Assembly: GCF_004010195.1 (NCBI RefSeq)
Contig: NC_057746.1
Span: forward strand, 9,171,412-9,235,411
Direction of reading: 5' to 3'
DNA from: Chiloscyllium plagiosum
Taxonomy: Eukaryota
Length of the DNA: 64,000 nucleotides
Positions 62,310-64,000 of this stretch are shown in pieces. Made by a program: the position numbers and the translations under genes. Position 1 is the stretch's first letter; every line of letters starts with the position of its first letter. Under the pieces are notes generated by a model. It saw only the letters and a list, made by a program, of their open reading frames with translations, searched no databases and was not told the origin of the DNA.

Positions 62310-62518
62310 TCAAAAATATATTTATTCATAAATATTTTGATGATCTGTACAATTGGTCATGCCAGACATATATAAACATTCCTTTTCTTGGTATACCGAG
62401 ACACAGTAATCATTCATATATACAGGTCTGTACCATTACATGTTTAGTTGGGGGGTCTGTGGAGCCCCCTTACTGCGTCGGACCCCTGTGCTTTGGCAAG
62501 CAGATGTTACACGGTAGT
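62310..62518 (-). mobile_element. Tx1-type LINE 3' UTR and poly(A)
   Basis: reverse-complement similarity to 27460-27688. Confidence 0.7.
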
Positions 62519-64000
62519 NNNNNNNNNNNNNNNNNNNNNNNNNNNNNNNNNNNNNNNNNNNNNNNNNNNNNNNNNNNNNNNNNNNNNNNNNNNNNNNNNN
62601 NNNNNNNNNNNNNNNNNNNNNNNNNNNNNNNNNNNNNNNNNNNNNNNNNNNNNNNNNNNNNNNNNNNNNNNNNNNNNNNNNNNNNNNNNNNNNNNNNNNN
62701 NNNNNNNNNNNNNNNNNNNNNNNNNNNNNNNNNNNNNNNNNNNNNNNNNNNNNNNNNNNNNNNNNNNNNNNNNNNNNNNNNNNNNNNNNNNNNNNNNNNN
62801 NNNNNNNNNNNNNNNNNNNNNNNNNNNNNNNNNNNNNNNNNNNNNNNNNNNNNNNNNNNNNNNNNNNNNNNNNNNNNNNNNNNNNNNNNNNNNNNNNNNN
62901 NNNNNNNNNNNNNNNNNNNNNNNNNNNNNNNNNNNNNNNNNNNNNNNNNNNNNNNNNNNNNNNNNNNNNNNNNNNNNNNNNNNNNNNNNNNNNNNNNNNN
63001 NNNNNNNNNNNNNNNNNNCCACCCCAGTCCAATACCAGCTCCTCCACATTATGGTTACCTGAAGTTAGAGACTAATTTCTTGTAATACACATCGATTCTT
63101 GTTCAATGCAGAAACCTGGTCTGTGATTTCTATTGGAAAGTCGGGGAAACTGGGGAATACTTCTTGACTACCAGCTACCCCAGTGATTCATAACAAGATG
63201 TAATGAGTATGAGGTCATCGAGTCTCAGAGATGTACAGCATGGAAACAGACCCTTCAGTCCAACTGCTCCATGCTGACCAGATATCCGAAATTAATCAAC
63301 TCCCTTTTGTCAGCATTTGACCCAGATCCCTCTGAACCCTTTCAAGTTTCACAACATCCTTCCTACAGCAGGGAGACCAGAACTGAATGCAATATTCCAA
63401 AAGGGCCCTAACCAAGGTCCTGTACAACTATAACATGACCTCCAACTCCTATACTGAAGTGAACTGTTAATCTGTGACAGCCCATTTTGCTCTCTGTAAT
63501 AATTGAGGAATCACAGCTGAAAAGGAAAATAGTTACTTGTTGGACACCAAAACAGAGCCACTACTTGTTTTGTATGTGGGCTAGTCCCAGCCTGGGGCAG
63601 ACAGTTCTGCAGACCCATCCCTGAGTCTGCTTTGTAAAGGGCTCCGTTGATGCTTTCCAACTGTATCACCAACTGCCCAGAGTGTGGGGCCTGGACTGGT
63701 GGCTGGTCGCTTGCTGTTTTGAGTCAGAGCATGGAGATGGGCAGGTTTGTACTTTTTCTTTGTTGCACAGGCTCATGTATACAACACTGAGAGGTCACAT
63801 GATAGAGAATTCATTGTGCCTTTTGGAACACCTATGTATCACGGGGTCTGTCGCTTAAACAGATCTCTGCTTGCAACTTGCAGTGCCCACAGGAATGGGG
63901 CAGACCAGGATTAATCTTTGTGCATTTAGAGAAGAGATAGAATCCGCACAAGTGTGGAAACAGGCCATTCGGCCCAACAGATCCACACCAACCTTCCAAA

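Noticed and set aside
39299-63085. Long ORFs containing X runs
   Set aside because: Artefacts of translating across N gaps

Overview
Vertebrate genomic DNA, most likely from a cartilaginous fish (inferred from abundant HE1-type V-SINEs and CR1/HER1-type LINEs), repeat-rich, with four N-gaps. The left half holds two tandem + strand TRIM genes of the RING-Bbox-coiled-coil-PRY/SPRY type. Gene A has coding exons 2-6 at 6073-14380; its RING exon is not in the window. Gene B is complete: 6 coding exons at 17261-33577, 487 aa, with IRF/ISRE-like motifs just upstream of its ATG. The introns are filled with CR1, Tx1-, Rex- and Penelope-like elements and SINEs. The right half contains a 43-bp minisatellite whose units carry CTCF-like motifs, about 10 kb of 27/28-bp satellite interrupted by a CR1, a near-perfect 79-copy 25-bp array, a histone H3 pseudogene fragment, and the last exon of a minus-strand CYP2-family P450 flanked by an inverted duplication. 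The most notable signals are three families of dispersed Penelope-type terminal repeats carrying minimal hammerhead-ribozyme cores, the CTCF-like motif array at the gene/satellite boundary, and a solo LTR just downstream of TRIM-B. Exon coordinates were read from splice sites; repeat boundaries are approximate. All family assignments are by eye, with no database searches.
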